Positions 11,459-24,660 of a DNA stretch of 64,000 nt are shown here, piece after piece; the stretch's first letter is position 1, and every line of letters starts with the position of its first letter. Origin of the DNA: Cycas panzhihuaensis (taxonomy: Eukaryota; Plantae; Cycadophyta). A program made the translations under genes and the position numbers. Where the stretch lies: contig CM041465.1 in assembly GCA_023213395.1 (NCBI GenBank), forward strand, positions 136,097,741 to 136,161,740, in the 5' to 3' direction. The notes below the pieces were generated by a model. The model saw nothing but the letters and a program-made list of their open reading frames with translations. It was not told where the DNA came from and did not search any database.

Positions 11459-14024
11459 TCACATTCTAACAACCACTTAATCAACTAATAACTAATTATA
11501 ATGAAGAAGTATACACACTATGACCCCCTAGTGCACATTAAAGGAATATTCATAACATCACCCAACATTCCTCCCTTAATAGTAAACCATATCACTTAAT
11601 TGCTTCAAAACTTAATTTTAGGTCCATATAAAAGCCAAATATCTATTGTAGCATATAGATAATTAGCCAATATACTTATTAGTCCTCTAGAATAGCCTTC
11701 TTATATATGGTTCACCAACATTTGCTAGCCAAGTAGCGTTCACCTACTTCTATTTTGCCTATTTCTAGATCTCCTACAAATCGAGGAGACAAGCCTAACT
11801 AAAAGACCTCAATACCATCCACTATACTATGGAACAAACATGCAAAAATAGTTATTTAAATAGAAACATGTGACAAAACACCTACTTTTTTTATCTCAAG
11901 CTCTATTTTAATATCCTATCAACTTAATATCTAAACTTCATAATATTAAACCCATCTTGAAAATTTCTCAAAGCATATTATGCAACCATTCATTGGAAAG
12001 GCCCATAAGTCAATTTTATAACGTAACTAACAACACTCAATTTAAATGTCATATGAGGGAGTTATGGCCATTTTTGTGAGCATAGGTCTATAAAAAATAA
12101 AAATGGTAGAAAATAGGCATATAGCCCCTTTCAATTTGGCTCTCGATCACTCATACAACATTCTCTAAGGGCTAAGTAAACTTCAAAATATATCAAAAAT
12201 GCTTTAATATGAGTTATAAAGTTAATAAACTTTATATTAGTAAAAATTTCTATTCTGAAAGAGTTATATGACATGCACATGAATTGTGCAATCTCATTGG
12301 AGTAAAATTGTAATTTCTAAGTGATTTCTTAATGATTTTTCAATCTATAAATTTTAAATTAAGGTTTCAGTGTGCTCTAAATACATTTACAATATCAGTT
12401 CTTCAAAAAACTAATCATACAATGCTCTATAGCTGTCTATCATTAAGAAAAATGCCCAAAACCCTATGTTGAGCTTTTCTTGATTATTTCTCAATCTATA
12501 AGCTTATAACTCAAGGGTTTTGACCTTTCAGACTCATCTATGGCTTCAAACCTATAAAATTTTAATCATATGGAGCTTTATGAGCTTCCTAATACCAAGA
12601 AAATACCTAAATATTCTTTTAAGTGCCTAATGTCTTCTATATCCATTTTTCTCCATAATATAACTACTAAACATAGATTAAAGTATAAATATGACAAGAA
12701 TATACAATAGTAATCTCATCCATAGAGAAAACTATCTCATAAAATAATAAAAGATAGAGAAATATTCACCTTTATATCTAGAATATAGCATTAGATAAAC
12801 AAGCATTCCACTAAAATATTTTTACCTTACCAGGCATTAAAAAATATCATATATAAGCCCTCCAACAAATAGCATCCTCGTAACAACCTCATACTAGTGA
12901 TTAGAATACTCATCAAACTACTCTCAATCTACCATAAGGGTTTCAGAATCAATGCTTATGTCAACGAATAGTGACCATCAAACCCTTCATCCTATTGATA
13001 AGATCCTTCTCTAACCTATGAACTCTTTGTTACATATATAACTAGCTAGTAAGCTTCTCATATATAAGTTCACACAATCAACAAGTTTTGAACATTGCTC
13101 TATACATGTGCTATTTTCTTCACATAGGCTAACTAACCATCTATTGCTCTTAAGATGTCATAAAACCTTATTAATTATGGTACCACTTCATGATAAAGGG
13201 TAAAACTATGGCCTACTCACCACATATTGGCTTCATATGGTTATCATGCCTATATCTAAAGCCTTGCTTTCGAAGTCATATACAACCTACATGTGTATGT
13301 GGCAAAACATGTGAAATAAGTAGTCTAAAAATAAATAAAACATGTGGAAAATCTTTATAGGATTTAAGATAATTATAATACCTGCACTCTGGCTAGATTT
13401 ACTACATAAGCACTAATATACTTCCAAATGCCCTACATATCTACGGTTCAAAACCATCCACAACCTACAATAGAACTTCATCTTATAAATAAATAGGCTA
13501 CCCCTATTATTAGTCATAAATAGGCATACTAAAAATAAGCTTAAAATAAACCCTTAACAAGTGGACATACTCATAGTCTTATAGCTTAACGAGGGTCAAA
13601 ATTGGCTTGGACCAAAGCTTTGATAGGATCACCACAAAACTAAAATCCTAGCTCTAATGCCAATTGAAAAAACATGAGGGAGTAAAATTTTCTTTAATAT
13701 CACTTATAAGAGACTAAATGCCCATACACAAGTCTAAGATTTAACAGGAATATGAAATAAAGATATATAGGTGAATAATAAATGAAAGAATATGTATAAA
13801 TACATAACATAATATACTTATGGGAAATGATCACTTTTAATTGTATTATGATAAACCAATACATATATATACTACATATCACCACCTAGTTATCTAATCA
13901 CATTCTAAGAGCCACTTAGTCAATTAATGGCTGATTACAATGGAGAAGTGTACACAATATAACCCCTAGTACACATTAAAGGGATAACCACATTGATTTA
14001 CATCTGGGTTAATATTACCTAATA
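11221..14024 (-). mobile_element. Non-autonomous LTR retroelement, 2.8 kb: LTRs 11221-11567 and 13665-14024, non-coding interior
   Basis: Two alignable ~350-bp LTRs starting TGAAA. PPT ttcctcccttaa at 11568-11579. Degenerate PBS gctctaatgcca at 13651-13662. TSD TAGAG at 11216-11220 and 14025-14029. Confidence 0.88.
11411..11458. repeat. (TA)n(GA)n microsatellite present in only one LTR copy
   Basis: Read directly; the sister LTR (~13863-13900) has only a short TA run and unique sequence at this position. Confidence 0.9.
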
Positions 14025-14029
14025 TAGAG

Positions 14030-15209
14030 AAGTATAACTTATATGTAAATCATGAGAACATAAACTATGTGTACATATTTTTTGTTAGACTAAGCATGAC
14101 CAAAAAGTGAATAGTTAGAGATTATGCTTACTATGCTGTAATTTTCTATTTTATATTTGTTATTCCAATATTTGGAAATTTGCATTTTGTCACAAATATT
14201 ATTGATAAAAAACTAATGTAAGACATTACAAGCATTTGATTTAATAATATCATTAATACTATAAAGACTAATTTTGTCTAACTATCAACTATGTTATAAG
14301 GCATTACTAATATCAATCTAGATAGAGGTATTCCTACATAAGTGAATAATTTGACTAAATTTAGGTCAAAAACACTTGAGGTTTAATCTTATAAATGGAT
14401 TAAGTAAAGATACATTATATGGGTTGCTATCCCAATAAGTTGATTCATGGTTGAAGGTGACACTAAAGTCACACAGAACCTTATAAACCCCATGATAGAT
14501 ATAATAATATTTGACTTAGAAGTGAAGCTAACTCATTTCAAACCTTTATAGTGAAAGAGTTATAACTACTAATATAAAAGCCAAGGGATATATGAATAAA
14601 TGGTTTTGAGCCTAAAGCTGAGAACCTTTGACTTAAGTGTAAAATATATAGCCAAACATGTATCCAGATACATAGGCATGAAGTTAGATACATATCTAAA
14701 TATGGATTTGAAGCATAAATACAAATGATAGATGTGAACATAACATGTTACAATTATTTCTTTAGTTTCTAAAATATATATTAGGGAAAATAATTATATA
14801 TTTTAGCTCTTTTTTATATTACTATAAGCCATATAAATGTATATATAACCTCCATTAAATTCTTGTTAGGTCCTTATACTCAAAGGGTTAGGTTAAAAGT
14901 TATAAAAAGTAAAACGTAAAAAACATAAGCCAGAAAAAAAAAAAAAAAAAAGAGAGAAAGAGGGCGTAGAGAGTGTAATAATATATTTTTTAGGATTTTT
15001 AAACACTTACTTGAGGTCTCTTATGCCTCTCTTAAAAATGTATTAAAAATCATAATTTAGACTCCTTTAATTAATAAAAGATCTTAAGGTAATAGAGTGT
15101 TATACCAATCATAAATTTATTTTCTTAATTGCTTTAATTTTTCTTTATTTAAATAGTTCTTCTCTTTAATTAACTAGTTTTTCATATTACACACACACAT
15201 ATAGCTCTA

Positions 15210-15240
<31 letters not shown>

Positions 15241-15683
15241 ATGCATCTATGTGTGTGTGTATGCATGTATATGTATGTGTACTTTTAGTAAATACGATTA
15301 AAGGTTAACACATGGCAACTATTAATACTTCATGTAGTCATAAGTAGAGAAGTGGAATAAAGAGGTGTCATCTAAGAGATGCAACCTTTCTAAAGAGTTT
15401 ATAACCTATTCCAAGATAGCTCTTAGGTAGATGTACCCCTTAAAGTCCTTTAAAAATGATGCATGGAAGAGTTGGATATCATTCATTCATATGCAACATC
15501 ATCTAGTTATCTATAAAGTAATAATAGAATTTCTAATAAAATGTTCATGATGTGAAGGTGGTTTTTTCACCAAAAGGTTTTTCCCACATACATTTATCTT
15601 TTGTATATCTATTCTCTTATTTTATATGTTATTTTATGTTATGCAAATGATAGAAAGATCAAGAATGCATATGGTATCAAGGC
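14030..15683 (+). mobile_element. Probable copia-type LTR remnant (begins at 11197, split by the 2.8-kb element) ending at a PBS
   Basis: U5-like gtggttttttcacc...ggtttttcccac near 15558-15587. PBS-like tggtatcaaggc at 15672-15683. Purine tract aaaatgggggtag precedes TGAAG at 11197. Confidence 0.45.
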
Positions 15684-16136
15684 AAGTCTAAGTATGTTTG
15701 AATTCTCACATAATGTTAGAGTTGTCTAGGATTATGCGTAGCTTCATGTAGTTATTAATAACTAGATCAAGCCATTAATAAGGTTAATAATATGAATAAT
15801 GTTAAAACATTGACCTTGATCCTTTTCTGATAGCTTAGAGAATAAAAAAGGTGAAAACAATCAATTGTATAGAGAAAATAAGCCATGTTGAGCTCGTTTT
15901 CTATTTATTTTTAATCATTTATTATAGTTGAAACTTCATATATGTGTGAGCAATGACAACATGCATAGGGTGATTATGGATTACTTCTTATAATTTAGGT
16001 ATTGAATATAGATGAATGTCATTAAGAAAGGTTTTTTCTTTTTTTAATTAAACTTCCATTGTTAGATAAGGAGGGTTAATTAATCCTTAATTTAGAAGGA
16101 ATCCTTGATACAAAAACTAAGAAGCCCATAAATGAA

Positions 16137-16760
16137 TGTTAGAAGTGATTTAATCTAATATACATTTATGTATTTATGGTATATCAACCACATGGTAGGC
16201 CCCATATAAAAGACAAAAATATAATTTAAATATTGATGTACATTCTTATTTTATTCAACTTAAAAATTTAAGTTATCTAAAGATACGATTTCTAACATTG
16301 TATTAGAGCCATGTTGATGTATTATTTTTATAAGATGTGATGTTGCTATGTTGAGTTTATTTTTAACTAATTTTTTATGGTTTTTCATCGTTAAAGTATC
16401 ATATGTGTGGGTTTTAGGCTTGTATTATATATAGATTGCCATTACCCAAAAAATAAGAGAATATCATTAAGTTAAAATGTCCACTAATATGAGAACATCT
16501 TATGAAATCTTTGATAGTTCCAATGACGAGTTAAAGGATGTTAAATATAAACTGAGAGAACTAACAAAAAGCCTTGATGATTATTTATCTATCCAGGAAA
16601 ACATAGTGCTAGAGCATAACAAACTAGATGTTGTAAAGTCATAAGATAAAAGATACTCTTTATAATTGTTTAAGTTGTCTCATAATCATAAAATAGTGGT
16701 ATTAGATCAAATATGTGATGATGCCCACTACTTATAGATAAAAAAAATATAGCATTCACA
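16137..16760 (+). mobile_element. 5' fragment of a Ty1/copia element: 161-bp LTR, PBS, gag start
   Basis: LTR 16137-16297 with 8-bp TIR TGTTAGAA...TTCTAACA and a TATA box. PBS ttgtattagagcc at 16298-16310. ATG 16478 gives MSTNMRTSYEIFDSSNDEL, resembling the copia gag FDGSNY motif. Confidence 0.7.
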
Positions 16761-17617
16761 TCATAGATAATTTATGAAAATAATATCTCATTATAAATAA
16801 TAATAAATATCTATAGTAATTCAAATATAATAGCAAACCACATAATAATATCATACTAATATCAAACTTGCGATAATAAATACTATATATCAGATAAAAT
16901 AACAATAATATCTTACCCCCTTCAAGGAAAAGGCTTCCTCCCAAATATAGCACAACAGTACTGTGTGCAATTATATAAGTTGCAACCTATTTAAAATAAT
17001 GGAATGGTTGCAACTAACTCAAGCCATGGGCAAATATAAATATAATAGGAAAATGTTGTAGAGGGGGTATTGTTCTTTTTTGGATTATAACATCCTATTC
17101 ACTGTCACATGAAATATAGTCACCCATATTCCATGTTTTCCTATATTAATTTTGATTCTTGTATGTATTGTTATGTGTTGCCTCTGGTTATGAGAGAACC
17201 AGAGCAACCCATCATAATACAATGATGATGGTTGTTGTTCTCATAGCATCAGGTCTATGAGTTATAATAAGAAGTTACAACTTTTATTATTTATGTGCTA
17301 GTTTCTATATGTGATTGAATGAACTAGCACACAAGTATCCTAATGGCTCTAGGCCATTAATCTAGATCTAAAATATCATATTATATAAATATATTTTATA
17401 AATGAATAAGTTTTCTTTATTTATAGCCTTACTTTCTCTATAAAATCCAACTTATAATTCTCTCTTATCAAAATACTAACTTTATCTAATTTAGAGATGT
17501 AATGACTATTCCTCTAAAATATTGACTTCCTTATTTCTCCTAAAAAAGGACTTCTTTATAATTTAGGAATATTACAATTCCTCTCCCCTTAAAATACTTT
17601 ACTCTTAAAGTATAAAT
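16760..17617 (-). mobile_element. 3' LTR and PPT of an older gypsy element; interior continues after 27462
   Basis: LTR end ...atattaca at 17576, followed by PPT ttcctctcccctt and the small hairpin atacttt-actctt-aaagtat. The same layout occurs at 63107-63147. Left edge approximate. Confidence 0.55.
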
Positions 17618-19101
17618 TATTAAAATTTATAATTATGCTCTTATACCATGTTAAAATTTATAATACCAGAATTGACTTATGAGTTATATATACAAGTAAA
17701 TGAATCAATATGATAAAGTAAAGTATCATATATACATCAAGTATTCAAGAGCATTGATCACAAAAGAGACACTAAGATTTATATGTAAAAAATATAGTAT
17801 AGGAAAAGCCATAAGAGAAGGTGGAGTTTGAACTCCTCTTATAATCATAATGATTACATCTCCAAGTCTTCAACCTTTCTCAAGTTCTTAAGTGGTGTGT
17901 GTACATATTTATAATAATGTCTATCTCATGAGTAGCTTATGATGTATCTTGAGCCTTTACATCATCTAATAGTATAATTACATGGATATGTACGCACCTC
18001 ATATATCTCGATGTATATGAATGGTAGGATCTATATGTATATATCATATACATTAAATATTACATATGTGATTAAATGAGATATTTCAACATTCCCCCTT
18101 AATATTTAGTGTCTTTGAATCTTGCCTTTAAGTCTTCAAGTCTTATTGTGTTCATCACTTGGTCTTCAACATATATGTTGGATTTATAACCTGTATCTTG
18201 TATATTGTGTCATCACTTGTAACCTGTATGTAGTCATCTGTATACTAGCAGTAATCATATGTGAATAACCAACTTATAATATAACCAATATCAACATCAA
18301 AATATATAAAGTGTTTTCCTATACATATTTATATCTTCACCTACATAGATGCTTTCATCAACATTCTATCAACTATGATTAAAATTATGTTAACCATTCA
18401 TCAAATCAATAAATAAACAAAATGATTTATGAGTCTATATAAAGTAATAACCATCTAGGCAATTAGTTTAAATACATAAATCATCAATCTTTTAAGTTGT
18501 TTGTATAAGAATAATAAAATCCTACCTATTGCATATAAGTTAGAACAATACCATTAAGTATACTATGTAAGAGTAGCTTCTTTATTGCTTTTAGCTGGAT
18601 CATTTTAATAGTTAAATATTAGTTGGATCTCGTCCATAGCTAATTTAGTATGCCAATTAATCAATGACTTGAGACTTTTCTTTGGCTCGTTAATAGGTGC
18701 CATTATTAATTATCAAAATAGGTTCAATCAACTAGGCGGTCTACTCATTTGGTTAATGCTTGTCATCCACTAAACCAAATGTATTTCTCCAATGGGGATA
18801 TTACATGTCTAGTATATTAAGATTTTTTCATATCATAAATTGATCAAATATTTCTCATTTCATGAATTTTTTTAACTAACTTTGAATCTTTTATTTTTTT
18901 GATAAGGTTTAAATTAATAGGGGATTTAAGTGGGGACCCCAACCCATGTTTAGCACTAGCCAAATGTCTTGCAAAACTGCCATGACAAGCCCATGGCCTA
19001 GCTAATCCCTCAATCTCTAACCAGATGCAAGACCCCCCATACCACTAACAAGCACGATGGCTATCTCAACTAAGTCATGACATGCCCTGTGGTTAGCAAT
19101 A

Positions 19102-22100
19102 TTACCTAACGTCGATGCCCTCTAGATCCTTTCTCACCAATCTCAAAATCCCTTCAGGAGACATCTCCCTCCAATATTCATTCGTTTTGGCCTGAATCCC
19201 CCAGTTAGCTAGGCTATTAGCCACCCCATTACCTTCTTTGTAGGTATGTTTGACTTGACTGTTAGACCTTCCTTTAAGTAGCTCCCTCACATCATTTATC
19301 AAAGCATTATGTCTCAAGTCTAGGGACGCTTCCCCTCTGATTAGATTTATTATGTTCAATGAATATCCTTCTAGGATGACCCTATCATGACTCTCCATGG
19401 AGATCAATTTTATTACTTTGTGCATAGCCTCCATCTTAGCATAGTGATTGGTTTGGGGAGAATAATAATCTGTAAAGGCCCAAAGCACCATACCTTCCGC
19501 ATTTCTGCAAACCCCACCACCACCTGCTTCTCTGGGATTACCTTTCATGGCTCCATCGAAATTGACTTTCACCCATCCCACTTGGGGGGGGGGGCATACT
19601 TACACAGTCTTTTCTATTTCATTTTCACTTTGGGGCTAATTTCCCATTTTTCTAGAATCTTCCTTTCATCAAGGAGGGGGGAAGTTTTCCTACTCAACAT
19701 TGAGGATCTCTCTCAGAGCCCCTACAATTCTCCCAAAAAGATGAGACTCTTTCATACCCTTCTCTTGGAAAATTCTTCTATTCCTTTCTTTCTATAAGTT
19801 CCACATCATTATAAAAGGCCATACTCTCCAAAGGAACTACACCACTCTACTCCTGAAGGGACTGATCCAGGAAGAGACAAGGTCTTTACCGAGCCTGGAA
19901 TGACCCACTCCACCCCAAAAGAGTTCCACAGTCTCTTCCACACCTCCCTAGAGTATGAATAATGAAGCAAGATCTGGTCAATGGTCTCCTCCTCTGCCCT
20001 GCATAGATACATTTGTTAACCATTACAAACCCTCTTTTCCTGAGATTGTCCATGGTTAAAATTTTATTCTTTAGGCAAAGCCACTAGAAGATGGCCACCT
20101 TAAGTATGAGGCCCATCTTCCAAACACCCCCAAATAACTTGTTCTCTGTGATGCCATTTTATGATAGCAAAAACAAGTATCACATCTTCACCATGTAATC
20201 CCCCATAGGGGATCTAGGCCAAACTATCACGTCTTCCTTAGGAAATTTCATTATATAATTTTTGGCCAACTCTTTTCTGAGGGCTTCTATTTGTTCTTTT
20301 CCTTCACCATTAAAGGGAAAGTCCTCAAAACATCTCTAAACCTTTGAGCCCCAGTTGAGGTACCAATAATCCTTAACTTTCCTCCTATAAATCCTCTCAC
20401 AGGGAATATGAATCAAGCCTAAGGAGGGTCTCTCCTTTAGTTGAGGCCTCCAATACTAAATATCCTCCCAAAGGTCTATCCTTTCATCATTCCCCAGACT
20501 CCACTAGGTTCTCGCTGCAAGCATCTTCCTCACATGGATGAGGCTCCTCCAGATCACTAAGCCACCTTTACCAAAGAGTTCATCGTGAAGGTACTTATTT
20601 CCCCTAAGGTATTTTTGGATAATGATCTTGCACCATAGTTTATTGTCTTCCTTAGCTAAGCTCCATCCCAGTAGGGCCCTATTAAAATAGGCAATGTCTT
20701 TCACATTTAGCCCACTTGCAGGCATTGGTAGGCAGACTTTCTCCCATGCTACCAAATTAATCCTATCCCTATCTTCTAGATCCAACCATGGGAACCTCTT
20801 CTAAATGGACTCAAGGTCACTGATAATCTTGGTCGGGCACCTAAATAAGGATATCATGTAAGTTGGGATGCTTTGGAGAGAGGTTGTCAGTAATTGAATC
20901 TTTCCAGCTTAGCTCAATAAGGCCCCTTTCCACCCCTCCATCTTCCTTTGGACTCAGCTGATGATAGGGTTCCAAAGCTCCTTTTTCATTCTGCCCACAA
21001 ATAGGGGCATACCAAGGTATAAGGTGGGGATCTTTCGAATGGGCATTCCTAGGATTCTGCTGATAACACCCTGGGCTCTGGCCAGGGTATTTAAGAAAAA
21101 AATACTACTTGTATTAAGGTTAATCTTCTAGTTTGTAGCCTCCTCAAATCGATGAAGTTCGTACTCAAGAGCTCTAGCCATCATAAGGGTCACCTTACCC
21201 AATAAAATATTATCATCCACGAAATGGCAGTGGACAATATTTCCAACTCCTGATGTGGGCTTTAGTCCTTTGATCTTTTCCATCCTCATGGCTTCCTCCA
21301 AGGCCCTCCCCAGCATCTTAACCATGATTATAAAAAGATAAGGGGCTAAAGGGTCCCCTTGTCAAAGCCTTTGGAACCCTGAGAAAAAAATCAATAATGT
21401 ATCATTTACTATCATAGAAAATTTTGGGTTAGATATATAATTAAAGATCCAGTTTCTTACTTAGTCATTGAACCCAAACTCTCTCAAACAATCCTTCAAG
21501 CAATCCCACGAGACTCTATCGTAGGCCTTAGAGAGATCAATTTTAATCATCATATTGACTTCCTTCCTCTTGCTCGTAGAGTGGGTCGTTTCATGCACCA
21601 CCACTATTCTATCTAGAATCTCTCTACCTTTTACAAATCCATCCTAGTTTTGTGATATAATAAGGGGAAGAATTCCTTTTAATCTAATGGCAAGGATCTT
21701 TGCTAAGATTTTATATTTTACATTATATAGGCTAATCGATATGAAATCTTCCATTCTTTTCGCGTCCCCTTTCTTCGGGATTAAAACAAGGAAGGTGGCT
21801 TACCACTCCCGATGAATTTTACCATTGCATAAAAATTAGAGACTACCTCTAGAAGATCATCCTTGATGATATCCCAATACTCCTGGAAGAAGCTTGGAGG
21901 AAAACCATTAAGTCCTGGAGCCGTCTCACTCTTCATGTTGAATACGGCACTTCTCACCTCTTCCAAGGAGAAGGTAGCTTCAAAGGCTCTGTTTAAATCT
22001 TCTCCAACTTTCTTGGGAATCAACTCCAACATCTCTCTTCTGGCTTTCACATCTAGGTACCCAAGTTCATTAAATAATTCTATAAAGTAATCCACCACAA

Positions 22101-23293
22101 CATCCTTCATGCCTTTCTAGTTTAATATTTCCACACTTCCTTATTGACAACATCTTAATATGATTGCATGACTTGTGTTTTAATGTTATCATATAGAAAA
22201 ATTTTGTATTTCTGTCACCTTCCGCTAACCACAAGGCCCTAGATTTTTGCTTCCAATGAATTTCGTCTTTTAGTAGAGTCTCCTCCAACTTACTTATCAG
22301 GCCTCTTTCTTTCTAGTCTAAGAGAGGGGATCTCCCCTCTACTTGAATCCTCATCTCAATATCCTTGAGCTCCTCTATAATCTAGTTCTTGATTTTAAAT
22401 ATATTCACATGAATTTTCTTATTCCAATCTTTCACTTACCTCTTCACCTACCTCAACTTATTAGAGAATCTAAACATTGTGCACCCTTTTATCAAGACCC
22501 TCCACCAATCCGCTACCAAGTCTCGAAGGCCAGGGTACTTTATCCATATCAACTCAAATATAAATGGTGTACCTATGCAATTCCTAATATCTTTGAAGCT
22601 CAACACTAAGGGTGCATGATCTAATACTAATTTAGACATGGCTTTAAGAATGACATTATTATACTGGCTAGCCCAAGCATAGTTTATCAACACTTTGTCT
22701 AACCTAACCTGAATGCGGTGCTCACCCAGTCTTATGTTAGCTAGGTGTATTCAGGGCCTTTAAGAGGGACATCTATTAGACCCCCTTTTTGCAAGAACTC
22801 CCCCAAATCCTCCATGCTTCTAGACTAACCTCCCTGCCCCCCTTCTTTTCCCCAAGTGACAAAGATGTATTGAAGTCTCTAGTAATCACCCAAGGGCCCC
22901 CCTAATCTTAATGGGCTTTGATTAATCTGGTCCACAGGTAATTCCTCCCATCCTACATTAATAGAGCATACACATTTGATACCAACTATTTTAGATTGGA
23001 TTTTTGCAAGTCAACCAAGTTGATAAGAAGTGCTCCTCTAAAATGCAAGTCTCCCAATCCCAATTTATGGGGTTTCACATGGTGATCAGGCCACCCAACC
23101 CTCTGCTCCCATCTCTCACATAAGCCCCAGCTCCCCTCTAGACCTTGTTTATAACTAAATCTTTGTTCCCTACCTCTAGTTTAGTTTCCTAGAGGAGAAG
23201 TATATCCACCCCTTGGTTAAAATAAAGATCTCTAACCATTCTCTATTTAGAGGGGGCATTCAAGCCCCTAATGTTCCAAGAAGCAAATTTCAT
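19102..23293 (-). pseudogene. LINE-B ORF2 (EN, RT, zf-RVT, RNase H)
   Basis: MKFASWNIRG start; APGLNGFPPSFFQEYWDII; HFVDDNIL; WVKVNFDGAMKGNP...HTYKEGNGVANSLANWG. Confidence 0.92.
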
Positions 23294-23340
23294 ATTGGCC
23301 TCACCCCCCCGCCCCCCCCCCAAACCCTTCCTCAGGACTA

Positions 23341-24660
23341 TCATCTTTTACTTCTTAATTTAGGCCCTTGCCCTTCTCCATCTTTGAGGGTGCGTTGGCT
23401 CCCTTGATCTATCTGGATCACAGCCTCCCTTTCTCTTAGCACTTTAGAGGAGGGCCTCCCATGTCTCTTTTCACTTCCAAAATCTAGGCCTTTAATATGG
23501 TCAGGTTTTTTCGGATCCTCTTGTTGTCCTTTCCTAACTTTCCACACCTTCTCTATTTTCCTAAAGTCCTCTTGAATGAGGGCTTTCTCTTCCATCTAGA
23601 AGTCCTTCTTAGGGATTCCCTCCTCCTCTTCCAGAATCACTTTGGGGTTGCTTACCTCTAGCCTTTCTTCCACCTCCCCTTCTTCAAAAAAGGTGTTCTC
23701 CTTCTCCAAATCCATGGCTTTCTAGGCTTCAGCAAGAGTTAATTCCTTCGCCTTCTCCCCATCTTCTATCAGAGTGATAACCCTAACCTTTGGCACATTA
23801 CCTGAGGTATCCTACTCCTCTTTCTTATCCTCTTCAGCTCCTATAAGGGGTCTATTTAACTTGTCATCTACCTCTTCCACTTCCTGAAGGACCAAAGGTT
23901 TCTTGGTTTTCCTAGGGTAACTTTTCGGGAGGTGGCCTAGATGCTTGCAAGCAAAGCATCTCACATTCTCCAGTTTATAACATAACTTTTGATCCTTACA
24001 CCATCCTTCACCCTTAATTTTGACCCTATCAGGGAGCAATCTGTCTAACCTAGCCATAGAATAGAATCTGGCATTAACCATCCTGCTCATATTTTTGGTT
24101 ACTAAATCGACAACCAAAATAGGACCAACAACTTTTGTAATACCCTTGAATACATCTAGGTCCCAAGCTTATAGGGGGAAAGCCTAGTAGTTAGACCCAA
24201 AGGGGGAGTTGCTTCACATGGCTTTCAACTGGATCAAAGTCTAGATGCCACTTCTCCATCAGAATAACTTTTCTCCTCATCATCTAGAGAGGCTTCAATA
24301 AGACACTTATCATGTCTTCTTTGTTTGAAAATTTAAATAAAATGTAACCTTTTGGCATAGCTACGACCTCCATTGTCCCTTTTACTTTCCACCTTTGTCC
24401 CACCCATTTTCTAATGGGATCTACACTACCCTGGAGCCTGAAAAGCGACCAACCAGGCTATTCTCCCAGTGCATTTCCATCCGATCAAAAATTCTCTTCG
24501 TAATTGGCATAGTGAAGGTATCTTCCTCAAGAATAGGGTCTATATCAAGGGTTTCACATTCACAATCCACATTTCTCAAGACCTCCAGGTAGGATTTCCC
24601 TATATTGGAGTTTTGGTTCTAATTAGGATTTGTAGGTGGCATATGAGGTTGTTCTTCCAT
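23341..24660 (-). pseudogene. LINE-B ORF1
   Basis: DUF4283-like N-terminus; knuckle RCFACKHLGHLPKS; basic C-terminus KRHGRP...GPKLRSKR. Confidence 0.88.
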
